Source: Adineta vaga
Lineage: Eukaryota; Animalia; Rotifera
DNA: 64,000 bases
Assembly: GCA_021613535.1 (NCBI GenBank)
Contig: CP075497.1
Location: 9,424,001-9,488,000 of the forward strand
Direction: 5' to 3'
The notes below the pieces were generated by a model. The model was not told the DNA's origin and did not search any database. It was given only the letters and a program-made list of their open reading frames with translations. Made by a program: the position numbers and the translations under genes. Position 1 is the stretch's first letter, and each line of letters begins with the position of its first letter. Shown here piece after piece: positions 29,299 to 42,664 of the stretch.

Positions 29299-30991
29299 TG
29301 ATATCTAAAATAATAAGAAGAAATGAATATTTTTCTTAGTCAAGAAATTAATCTTCGAGGGATCGAAGATAATCGATGACATCATGCACATGTCTCCAAG
29401 AAAAATAAATGTATAAGCAAAAATGAAATTCGTCTCATTATATCATTTTTCTCTAAGTAGACAATCCATTAACCAATTTAGATATCCAGACATATATGTA
29501 TGTATTAGATGCACTTCGACTACTTTTTATTTTCGTCAAGTATTCTAATCGAAAATAATGATTTGGTGATTTAAAACCAACCTGAGATGATGATGTTATG
29601 CAAATAAATCCTTGTTGGTGATTATTCATAGAATAGATGAGCACTATTGACTGACTGAATGATATTTATATACATAAATCATCAGACAGATGAATCTGTT
29701 CTCTTTCTCTTTTTCTCTTTCTCTTTCTCTTTCTTCTTTTCCTTTTCGATGAAAATAATTGGTGAAAAAGGAAATCATGTTAATGATCAATGATTCGTCA
29801 ATCAAAAGAAGAAAAGAAATAATTATCTTTGATCATAATTATAGAGTTTCTCATTTACATATCGAACTCATATCTTTATCATATTGATTCTTTCAGAAAG
29901 TTTGAAACGAACAAACTATTTCAATCTAATTCATATAGATTTATTTGAAAAATAAAACTTCTAATTACTTTCCATATATATATATATACATATACATCTG
30001 ATTTCAAGTGTACTTCATTGATAGTTCATGATGCTATTTGTTAAATAAACTTTGTCAAGTAGAGTCTTACAACAAGCTATTCTCAAATAATTGAAAGATT
30101 ATATTCATGAAGGATACGAATTGACTTTTAATAAAGTGTGATAAACAAAAAAATCGGTAAGTTTCACTTCTGTTCATTGATATCCTTTGGGAGAAAAGGT
30201 CTGGTATTGAACGAAATGAATCTCAATTTTCTTTTCTGCTCAATAATCTTTCATCATCTCCACCTTCATCTAATTGAGCTAGACAGAATCGAAGTGATTA
30301 CATCAGCTCAAAAGCAGATCATATTCTGTCTCAATGACACATTATGTTGTCATCAAAAAAAAAACGAAAACAGACGGAACGCCTCTGACATGTGTTGTCT
30401 GAATTAACGAACGATCATGATCATAAAACACCATTCATAGTACAATCATAAAAATTTCAAGAATGATATTCTTCAAAAATAGTTCATCATTAATTTATTC
30501 AACTAGAATATCAGGACAGTAGAACAATGTTGCGTATAACGATAATTTATAAACAATTTTTGACACATAGAATTCATGCATAACGTACAAACAAAAAAAT
30601 CTGACAGATTTTTCTGATGTAGAAAGTGTCAAGAAAATATATTGTTGTTTAAGAATATTTCTAGGTCATACATAGTTCTTCGATGTTACTTTTGTTTTTC
30701 GTTTGAGAAAGATTATAAATACAATTTATTTTCTGCCGTACAATATGTACATGCGTCACACTGCTCGAATTATGATCGATTCATTGATTATCCAATCGTT
30801 CAACGAAGGAAAGTAGATATGCAACTATCGTTTTATTCAATTTTTTTTCTTTTAGATGTAAGTCTTAGCTTTAAAAAAAAATCTAGATGTCTATAACAAA
30901 ACAAAACAAAAAGGCACTTGTTCGTTTTTAAATCTGAAATAATAGAGAAACCAAACAAAAAATAGCAGAAAGTGTCATTGAGATATAGAGA

Positions 30992-32459
30992 TTATTTCAT
31001 CTTTTTACTCTTTGTATCGAGTTTAATAACCGACATGTTAATCATCGCTTGTAAGATGATATAGCCAATTAAAATAACCAATGCAAAGATGATTTTAGCT
31101 GACCATGTACTGACTAGAAGAAATTGTATGAACCATTTTAATGAAGGAATACCAATGACGATCAACCAAAAGATTTCAACAGCAATATCAGTATAACTTC
31201 GATTCAGTGGTACCTTTGGTACTCCAAGACCATCGAATGTATCATGACGAAGAAAATGATCATAGATACGATCCTGTGTAAAAACAGAAAAATTTCTAGT
31301 TCTTTTTACAAAGTACTGAAAGTGAAATCAATAACCTTTTCTTGGAAAAGTTCATGTAACCATTGAGCACATTGTTTTTCGTCTTCATATGGAATTTGTG
31401 AAACAGGAATACGTCTATAACATATTGAATTGTTATAAAAAAATATTCTCTTGATTAACTCACTTGACATAAAGTTGAGCTTTACATCTTCGTCCTTCTA
31501 ATAAAGTTCGAAATTTTGGTGATGCGCTGTCTTTGGTAAAAGCCAACATGAAATTATAAATCCCTGGTACTAATCAAAACTAATAAGGCTATATTTCGAT
31601 GAAAATCATTTACTTTTTCCTTTTGCTCCTTGAAGAATCAATGTAAAACCTTTTGTTCTTGGTAAAATATGATGTTTCAATTCTGGCAGATCTTTTTCTT
31701 TTGCATATTTCATACTTTCTAATCGTTTTTTCTCTGTAAATCGAGTACCTTCACAAGCCATTAAAAACTATCAATACAAATAAATGAAGATTTTCTTTCC
31801 ATAAATAATGATTTCTTACGTTGAAAAAATAATTATCAGGATAACCACTGACAAGTTGTTGAATGTCATTTTCAAGAATCTTCTTATCACTTTCCCATAC
31901 ACGACGTAAGAAAATCGATTCAGTAAAAAACCATGACCAACCAAGAATTGGTATTAAACTCAATGAACGTTTACCAACAATTTTTGAACCCTAAGAGAAA
32001 GAACAGATGAATATGTTTTCTCACAAAGTCCCCGAAAATTTACTCCAAGTAAACCAAGTTTTTGAGCAGCAGTCATACCAACAAGCCAATCAATTTCATA
32101 TCGATGATTTACAAGATTAAGTGCATATTCATGTTTTAAATATTCAACATCTTCTGGATCCACGTAAACACTTATATCTGAATCTGCCCACCACGTATAT
32201 AAAAAAGTTAATTCTACAATAATAGAAAACATATTCAATTATTTGTCAAAAGTCTATACAACTCACGACTCCATAGTAAAGTTCCAAGATAATAATTGAT
32301 TCGACGATATAATCTTTTATTAAAGGGCCAAATGATTATCCATAAAAGAAGTTGAGTAAAATTCAAAAGAAGACCACTGGCACAAAAACAGTAACAGAGA
32401 AATATCTGAACTGGTACCAATGATTGAATAGTACTGCGAAAAAGACGATCGATTTTCAT
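30992..32459 (-). CDS. 1-acylglycerol-3-phosphate acyltransferase gamma/delta type, copy A
   Basis: NHRYEIDWL, PILGWSWFFTESIFLRR, CEGTRFT, LKHHILPRTKGF; ends KKMK* (KKxx). Confidence 0.9.
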
Positions 32460-32678
32460 TATCTAAATTGCATATACACATATAGATATGAACAATACAG
32501 AAAAAAAAAATGAATGTATTGAATCTATGTATGTATCAACTTTGAAAAGTTATTGTCAGAAAAATAGTGAGAATGTCATGAGACTGATGCGGAAATGCAA
32601 TAAAAAAGATATATCTATTGACTTCACGAAAAAAAACCTGATGATAATCAGTTTTAGAAGGACAAATTTGTTTGATTA

Positions 32679-34258
32679 TCAGTCTTCTTTACGTCTTTCA
32701 CCATAATGTGAGCCACGGTCAGTTTCTGTTACTGCAATCATTGCACGTACACCGATTGTTGCTAAAATAGATAAATATCTTTTCATGTGTCTTCTCATCA
32801 AATATTCGTCTCATACCGATAAAAATCAAAATAATGATTATAAATTGTGCAAGTAATGAACTTGTAAAGAAGAATTTCAATAAATAGAATAATGATGGTA
32901 GACCAATAATTAACATCCAACTAAGTTCAACAATTAAATCATAATAATTACGTTTTAGTTCTACGCGAGGTACGCCTTGTCCTTCAAATGTGTCATGTTT
33001 AATAAAATAATCGTATATTTTATCTTTTTCTTGATATAATTCATGTACCCAATTACTACATTGTTCAGTATCTTGTGGAATATCTGATATAGGAATACGG
33101 CTAGAAAAACAAGTATTTCTATACAATAAATATAATCCTTCAAATTTACCGAACAAAGATCTCTGCTTGACATGCATGTCCTTTTAATATACTGAGGAGT
33201 GTTGGCACAGCACCTGTTTTTTTAAAGCCAACTGTTAAATCATATACAGCAGCAACTTAATAATGAGAATAGAAAGAAGTTTTTTTTTTCAATGAGTCAG
33301 AGACTTACTCCGATTTTCTGCACCTTGTAATAATAGAGTAAATCCTTTTGTACGTGGAAGAATATGATGTTTAAGTTCTGGTAATCCTTTTTCACAAGCA
33401 ATTTTCATACTCGCTATTCTTTTCTTTTCAGTGAATCGTGTTCCTTCACAGAAAAGTAGAAACTAAAGACAAAAATAATCGAAGAAAAGATGAGAAAAAA
33501 TAAAAATGAAATAGTTTTACATTAAAGTAATATTTTTTCGGATAATTAACAAGTACTTTCCGTAGATCTTGTACTAATGTTTCACGATCACTTTCCCAAA
33601 TACGTCGTAAAAATATCGATTCAGTAAATATCCAACACCAACCGACGATTGGAACTAATTTAAGTGATTGTTTACCAACTATTTTTGATCCCTAATTGAA
33701 ATGAAATTAAATAAATGCATTCCAATTCTATTTACTAGTACCTGTATGATACCTAAACGTTGACAAATGATCCATCCAGCAAGCCAATCAATATCATATT
33801 TATGATTCATTCTAAAATCATGTTTTTTTAAATGAAGTTCGTTTTGTTTTTTGAAGAAAAGAAGACACTTACATAACAATTGCATGTTCACTACGAACTT
33901 TTTCCACATCTTCCGGATATGCATACAGCACACAATCGCTTCTTGACCACCATTGTGCAAAGAATGTAAATTCTAAAAATTCGCATAAATCACTTAGAAC
34001 TATCATCCGGAGGAGATTCATAAAACACACCGATAAATCGAATTTGTCCTTCTAACTCACTTCTCTATTAAAATACTTACGACTCCATATGCCTAATGCT
34101 AAAAAGCAATTGATTTTGCGATATAATTCTTTACTAAATGGCCATATAACACATGAACATAATTGTAAAAAATTGATAACAATTCCACTAACTAAGAATA
34201 CATAAGATAAGAAACAGATTGTAATAAACATTGATTTGAATTCATCATAGATACGCAT
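32679..34258 (-). CDS. 1-acylglycerol-3-phosphate acyltransferase gamma/delta type, copy B
   Basis: NHKYDIDWL, PIVGWCWIFTESIFLRR, FCEGTRFT, LKHHILPRTKGF; ends YGERRKED*. Confidence 0.9.
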
Positions 34259-34439
34259 TGTTTTAAATGGGAAAACGATTCAAAATAAATTTAGGAAAAA
34301 AAACCTGTCAATTAAATATGAGGAAAATAGATGTTTTTTTTTCTTAGTATATCTAAAACAACGGAAAATGTGAAGAATTCACAATGTGTTTCTTCGATCA
34401 CAGAAAAAACTGAAGAGAAAAAAACAATATCTTCTTGTT

Positions 34440-37400
34440 TTATTTCATTAAATTAAGATATCTTCGTGCATATTCAGATACGCACAATGCACCACTGACA
34501 TGAACATTTAAAGATCGAATTACACCGGCTTGTGGAATTTCAACTGTTGCATCGACTAAAGATAAAAGATCGGCTCGAATACCTTCACGTTCATTTCTAA
34601 AACAACAATCAAAATGAAATTCTTTGAAATAAAAGAAAAAAAACAATCGATTTTTATTTATACCCAAGTAATAATAAAGTTTTCTCCGGGAATTGAAATT
34701 CATATAAACTTTGACTATTTACTGTTTGTTCAACAGCGACAATCAAATATCCCTGAGCTTGCATGTCAAGTAAATACTCTTTTAATTCTCTTTCTTGGAC
34801 CTAAAAATCAAAACAATTTAGAATTGTATATGATCGATAGAGAATTGGCATACTTGTTTTATACGTAACCATTTATGAGCAGTCATACTAAGATTAAGAA
34901 ATTGTTGATCTTCTAATATACGAATACTATCGATGACTAATTCTTTCACACCGAAAACTTCACCGGTTCGACAAAGACCTAAATGTTAGAAAGCAAGAAA
35001 AATAAATTTTCCTATTTTGAATAATCAATCCGAATACTTACCACCTAAATTTGCTTGTTTATCAATTAATGATGCTACAAGAATCAATTCTGTTCGTTTA
35101 ATACTTCCTCGTAATTCAGTATCATCCAATGCTTCGACAACTGGATATGGATTTGCTTTATGTTGAATCGTTAATGATCCTTCATCATCTTGTTGTTGTC
35201 CACCTGTTTCAGTTTTTCCTCCCGCTAAAACACAAGTTTAAAAAAATCTGACCTTATACATTATTCAAATATTTTTCTTACCAGTTAATCGCCATATTCC
35301 CGCTTGACATGATTGTAAAATCGTTGAAATATTATGTACTGTTATAACAGATGTTAAATGTAATTTTTGACTTAATTCAATAAACCATTCTGCTAATAGA
35401 TATTCATCTTCAGCTAACAAAGATAACTTTGGTAATGTATAGAAGATTGTTTCTAATGAAAAATCTCGTGTTGAATCAAATTGATAAAGAAATAAACTTC
35501 GAAGTTTAGCTGTATATCGACCAAGTCTTGAAAGAAAGAAAGAAAAAACGAAATTTTCATTTCGACTTCATGAAGAAATTTACTCGGATTTTTCATCAGT
35601 TTGTTTAAACCATCGATATGCTTCATAAGGTGTTTCATTTTGTAAATGATGACGTTCAATAAATTCAAGTAATTTAATCATTGTCGAACAAGTAAATGTT
35701 CGAATATGAAAATTTGAATGAATTAATAATGGACTAATATATCCAAAGATTTTATTTATATAATCGATCTGATTATAAATGAAAATAGAAATTTCGAGAT
35801 AAACAAATCATTGAAATTTACCTGTTCAATTTTATCTGTTAGAATATTTGCCACATGAGAAGCGATTGAAATCCAAGCACAAACAGTACCTGTTTTATGT
35901 CGAGAAGCATCTCGTAAATATTCATATAAATCATTTAAACGTGTTGTTCGATCTTTGGATATTAAACAAACAATAATCCATTCGGAAAGTAAACGAAGTG
36001 ATGGTTCATTTTCTCGCATAATTGTTTCGATAATATAATCATAGATCGATTGCAACAAACTCTAAAATACCGAATGAATTTTCCGATAGAAACCAAAACT
36101 AGAATTTTCTACCGCATCTTCGATGATGAATAATAAACAAAGAAGACATTGAAGTGAACGAAACATAATTCGATGTTCAAGTGAATTAGTACAAAATCGT
36201 GGTCGACGTTCTTTCGAAGCTAAAAGACGATGTTTTTCAATGATTTGTATGACAATATCATTCTGTTGAACACTATGTAATGAAGGCCAAATATGAAGAA
36301 GAAATAATTGTATTAAAACACGAACATTGCGATCATAACGATATTCACTAGGAAATGAAAACAAAGATTGTTACCAATTCAATCGATTAAATCTTACGGT
36401 GTAATATGAGTATGAATAATAAGTAAACGAAAAGATTCATCTTGTTCAATAAGCTGTTCAGCTTGCCATTGTTGTCTTAATAGAAGACAATGAAACTATT
36501 TTGTTTAACTATTGAAATTTTTAAATTACTTCTTATCTTTTTGATAAGTTTGTCCAAAGATCAAGCATTCAACTATGAATGATAAATAACATGATGGAAC
36601 TTGTTGTTCTTGAATCCATACTGGAATGATTGATTCATATATAATATTTATTAAACCAGATACATGTTTTGATTTATCAAACATTTGAATAAACCACTAA
36701 TGAAAGACAAAGACTAACAGTTAAATCCTATCTATTATTTACATACATCAGTTAATTGATTCAATAGATTTGGATCAGTAATCGAAGATGAAATTGCTTG
36801 ACAAAATGCTGTTAAACACGGCCAATACGTTGGCATTCGATGATCAATTTCATTAATAATACTAATTGAATTTTCAATTAGTCTACATTTCTCATCATTT
36901 GTAATCTAATAAAACATATGTATTTATCAATTAATCGAGTAAATTCATGTCGATTTACTTGTGTATAATGAAGTAATACGCCAATAGCACGAAAGATATA
37001 TGGAAGTTCTTTTGCTGATGCTTTGAATAAGTCATCAACGATATGTTCACATGTTTCAATCGATGAAATATGATTAGCAATGAGTAAATATTTCGCAATT
37101 AAAATATCTGCATATGAAATACTATGTAAAGAAAAAGAACAAATTGATATGTATTTCTAAAAACTATGATTTCATTACTTTGTTTGAGATTGATAAAGTA
37201 ATGGTAAAAGTTTGGAAAATAATGGTAATGTGCGAATATTTGCATTCCATTCGATATTAAATTCAGCTAATCGATTTATTAGAAGCCAATCAATTGAATG
37301 CGCAAATAAGATTAAAAGTGTTTGCCAATTATTTCCTGTCTAAAAATAATGCTATCATTTCTACAAACAACGAAGAACATTTCTTCCGTAATTATCTATT

Positions 37401-40091
37401 CTGTTGTTTTGGTAACGAGAAAGTTATATTTCTATTTAGTTTAGCGACAGTATATTCATCTAGTAACTAATAGGTCTTATCAATGTCATTAGTATTTACG
37501 TCGAAGATATTCGATAATATTTCTAAGTAAAGAAAAGATATCGAAGAATATATGAAACTTATTACTCAATCAATTCTTTTGACAAGAAGAATTCACGGTA
37601 AGAATATTACAGTGGATTAATAATACTAAATTAGTTTCTTTACGTCACATATATGATCGATGAAGTATAATATTATCAAAATATCTAGAGCATATCACAA
37701 AAGAAAATCTTTACTTGTTGTTGTATCATTTCTTCGATTTGATGAATCAATTCCTGTAAATATCGACTAATATCTCCATGATTACCGACCATTAAAAAGA
37801 CAATAGGTAATTTAGCAAATGCAATCGGTTGTTTAAGCTAAACAATCAAAATGAAATGTATTAAAATAATAACAATGTCAAATTTTCTACTTACAGAATT
37901 TATTTTAATAAAATTTAAACCTTCACGTGTTATTAATCGAATACTTGATGAAAACCAATCTTTAACAAAATTTGATGAATGAAAATAATTTTCTTGTATT
38001 AAATTCGAAAATAATTCAATCGATCTTCGAACATGATTACTTGACATGTACGGACGTTGATAAGCTGTTCGCATATTTTCAATTAATGGATGAAATACTG
38101 TTTTTAATATGTCAATATTATGAATATCAAGAAGATCGAGAAGAAATGCAATTTGACGAGTTTTTAATATGTCATTATCGAAAGAAAATAATCGAACATT
38201 AGATAATGTATTGATGGAATCGGATGAAAGAAATTCTTCGATTAAATTTTGTAATTGTCGAATATCAAATAAAAAATGAGAAGATATGTTTGAAAAATGT
38301 TTTGATAGAAATGTTGATCGATCAAAAAATGTCAAAAATCTTAGAAGATTTGATGATTTTGAAGCAATTGACCAATCAAAAAGATTAATGACAATATCAA
38401 GTATTGATGAATAACCAGATAAACGTAATACAGGTGCATATGTATTAAATTGTGTTAAGAGTACTGTTGACAAGACTTTAATATGTTCATCATTAAAGTA
38501 CGAACGATTTGGATTAGTAATAGCAAATGTTCGAAATGAATATAACAAACGTACGAGTGATGTTTGAGACCACTTGACTGTTTGTATTCGAGAGAAAAAT
38601 GTTAATAAACATGCACCTAAAATCTTATATATATAAAGAAGAAAGAAAAAGAGATGAAAGTTATTTTACTTGGATTTGAAGTAGAATTTAACCATCGTTC
38701 GAAATAGGATTCTAAATATTGTTCCATAGATTGACACTCAGTAATTTCATCACCTCTGATAGGAAGATGATACATGTTTTATCAAAAATTAAGAAATGAA
38801 AGTGAGCTTACTTGAGAAAAATAAAATTATTTGATATCCAATCAAGTACAGTTTGAAAAAAGAACTAAATTAATGAGAACAAGAAATCATTCAGTACATG
38901 TTTTATCAATAGATATAAAGTAGCAACTTGAATACTACGATAATAAGCTACGGGTCGTACAAAGGTTTTGCTAGGAGAATGAAAATAGGTCATATATTTT
39001 CTTTTTTGTCTTACATTTTCTACTTGAGCATCAGGTAATTGCATTGATTGAAGAAACCATCGAACTGTCCAACGTGCTAATGGTGAACTAGTCGTTTTAG
39101 ACAAACGTTGTAATAGAATAAATAACCATGTCAGAGATAATCCTAAAACAAATCTCCAATCAAAATATTATTCAAATACAAAACAAACAATCGAACCATT
39201 TTCAAGAGAGAGTTTATAAAGTCGATCAAATTTTGTTAATAATGGTTTGATTAAATGAACTATACTATCTTCCAATGCTTCATAAAGAACAACAAAATCC
39301 ATCCAAAATGATTTTAATTTATCATCAATTAAAATTAAGAATCGATTGAATTGATCATCTTTCAATTCAATATGTTGATATTCATCAGTTATTAAAATCT
39401 GTTTTAATAAATATAGACCACATTTACGTGTACGATCAGTATTCGATGGGCTATCACCTAACGCACGTTGTAATAAATGCCAAAACGATGGCATTGTTAC
39501 AAATATCTTGATGGATTTCAATTCAATTGTTAACAAAAGAAGTAATTCATCGTTATTCTGAATTATTGATAAGGTACGAACAAGCATCTGCTCAAGATTA
39601 GTTTGATCAAATTTAGCAAGGAAACGCCAAATGTACGTAAGAAATTTTGGATCCTGTTGAGAACGTATGGCTGATTCTATATTTGCCCAATCAACATTCA
39701 ATGTCATTGAAGTAGTTAGATCGATAGTATTAAGCAATTTGCATAGAAGTTCACGTAATTCAATAGTTTGTTCATGATCAAGTATAATGAGAAGTATTTT
39801 ATTGATTCGATGAAGACGATCTTCTATTTTCATTAAATGTAAACATGAAGATAGTAAACGATAATGATGAATTGATGGTACATTTTGTAGAAGAGAATCA
39901 AATAATTGACATGTAATTGGTAATGGATCAAGTTGAAAATTCGATGGAAGAGCATCGAAAAGTCGACTTAATTTTTCAATTTCTTTTTCTTGTTGAATTA
40001 ATTCATTTTGATGTGTCAAAATATTTGACATCGATGCAGAAATATGTTGTGATAAATCATGACGATTTAGAAATGGAAGTAAAATCTCCAT
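34440..40091 (-). CDS. TARBP1: tRNA (guanosine-18-2'-O)-methyltransferase TARBP1/Trm3
   Basis: Large multi-exon helical N-terminus plus C-terminal SpoU domain: [25 protein letters not shown]...GNEREGI...[19 protein letters not shown]. Confidence 0.9.
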
Positions 40092-40632
40092 TTTTAGTAA
40101 AGAAAATCAAATCTATTTGAAGAAATTTTACGAAAAATCAAGTTATAGTAATTTTTATTTGATACAAATACATGTCCAATCGTTTATGAAAGATCCCATA
40201 GATGACGCCCGTTGGTGTCGACTGATACTAATCTATAACAGCAGAACTCGTAATATGCGAATGTAGATGAAGATTTGTGTATAGATGATATTCAATAGTT
40301 TATACTTTTGTGAAAAAAATTGATTACAATCACAATGTAGTTTAGAAATGGTTTAGTAAGCAACCAATAAAACGAGTAGGGAAAACTGTAGTCGAAGTCG
40401 AGGTATTTAAAAGGCAATGCTTCTTTCCCTTCTGTTTAATGTTCTTATTGCTTATGAGAGGTGTAATTTCTTCTCTGGCTTTTTCTATGTCAGTACGTAT
40501 CCTATCTGCATTTTGAATACATAAGTTAAATATTAAAGAAGAAATATTTTATATACGACTTAGAACCCTTCAGATTTATTTTTTTAACGTTCTGTGAAAA
40601 ATACATTTTACCTGAGATTTGATCTTATAAAT

Positions 40633-42664
40633 ATGGAGCGTAATAATTTCGCTTTATCTGATGATATAATGGATATCAATGAATGTATCTCTGTAAATTC
40701 GTCACTGATTTCCATGAGGTAAATAGTTTTATTGAATTTTCTTTTTTGTAAATTCATTTGATTATTCTAGAAGTGCTTCTCCGGATGTTTTTCCAAGTCA
40801 AACTTTAACAGATGCAGTTCGATGTATTCTCGATAATAATACAAAAAATAGAAATAATCAAATCTTGACCGAATATCAAGTTGAAATATTTGAAATCATT
40901 GAACAACTTCATTCATCTCCGAAAAAATTGTGCCATTACTTAACAAAAGATTTTGCAAAATATTTTGATATTGATCTATATCTCATTACTTTTGATAACA
41001 ACGAGTTTTGTTTAAATATGGAAAACAATTATGGAAAAGAGCATAAAGCATTTTTATTATTGAACAAAGATTATACTGTTCGTGGTCCATTATATACCAT
41101 AAATACTGATGGGACGAAACAATCAGTCTTTTGCAATGATGATTCTTTAATTCAAGTTGAGATTTATTGCTATATTCTTCAATTAAATGATACTGGTAAA
41201 CTTTCTATTCGTATAACTTCAAAAAAATATTTCAATTTTTTTTAATTAGATTTATTTTCCAATTCTTCTCTACCAGAAGAATCAGACACAACCAGTTATG
41301 TTTCACAAGTATTTACAAATCAAGTTGATAATGGTAAATGATAGTAGACATAGAAATATACCATAATTATTCTTTGTTTGTGTAGTTTCCATTACTTCTG
41401 TAGACTACAATGCAGATTCGCGTGAATTATTCCGAAATATGTCTTATCAAATCTTTCGATTGTATGAAAATCTCAACATAAATCATGATTTAGTGTATCA
41501 AGCCTTCAGTTCATTTCGTAAGATGTTTGATAAACATAGTAAATAGGTTTTAAAAATCATTCTTGTAATTAGTTTCTAAAATAACACAATTCGAACATTT
41601 ATCTGCTCAAGATACTATTCTAGCTCTAAACGATGGAATCAATTGTTTATCGAATCTTGTGAAAATGGTTCAACCACATATACCTATCGGTAGTTATATA
41701 CTTCATCATAAAAATAGTTGTAAACTTCACTGTTGTTTTATTTTATTTCGTAGAAAACGAACAGCTTTCTTCAAATCAAGTATCTGCACCTGATGATACA
41801 ATGGTTTCACACATCGAAACTGAACACAATAATTCAGTTCAATCATTTATTTCAAATACAGTTTTATCAAGTGACTTCTATGGATACGAGCCACCAACAA
41901 TGAATAAATTATTGCAAACTCCGTACCATCCTCGAACAATGAAAGAATTTGCAAAGACTGGAAGTTCACCTATTCAATGTGTTGATGCTAAACAACGCGA
42001 ACCATTGCATATTGGAGTAAGAGATGATCTCCAGTATATTTGTATCTCTTTTTATGTATGTAAATGACGTTTAGGTTCCTCCAGATGATGGTGTTTCCTT
42101 ATATCTTGGTGTAACAATGGTCACTGATGCGCATACGACTCATTGTTCGAAAGTTGTCGTTCCTGATAACGCAAAAATTGAAGGAGATTATTTAATGAAT
42201 AACAATGATTTGACTTGTTTAAAGTACGATAAATGTGATCCAGATGATAAGTTTTATTTGGATGAAAAAGTACTCTATTCAAAAATTCGTCCAAAAGAAC
42301 GTGAAATGAAACAAAAAGAGTAAGTCAATAATTGATTACATATGGAATAAAACGATTTTGTTGTAGTATTTCTATTCATATGCTAAACTTATACCAACGA
42401 GGCTCACTCAATAGAAAAACAGTTCAAGATCAACAATTGAAGAAATCTAAACTGGCTCTTTGGTTTGCTGTTTATGAAAATAATATGTATCGACATGTTT
42501 CTCGAAAGTTTTATTCGAACACTATTGAAGAACGTAAATGTCACTGATCGTTAATGTACACTATTAAATCATTGCTTATCGTTACAGGAGTACAAACAAC
42601 CAAAATGACTGCTGTGAAGAAAAAGAAAACAGTATGTAAAAAGATCTCGAATAAAATTCAATGA
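40633..42664 (+). CDS. Divergent Rel-homology-like protein, array copy 1 (intact; N-terminal unknown domain; C-terminal KKKK)
   Basis: Nine exons read in frame. RHD-N-like: LLQTPYHPRTMKEF...QREPLHIG|VPP...LYLGVTMVTDAHTTHCSKVVVP...KE|ISIHMLNLYQ...LKKSKLALWFAV...FYSNTIEE. Confidence 0.7.
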
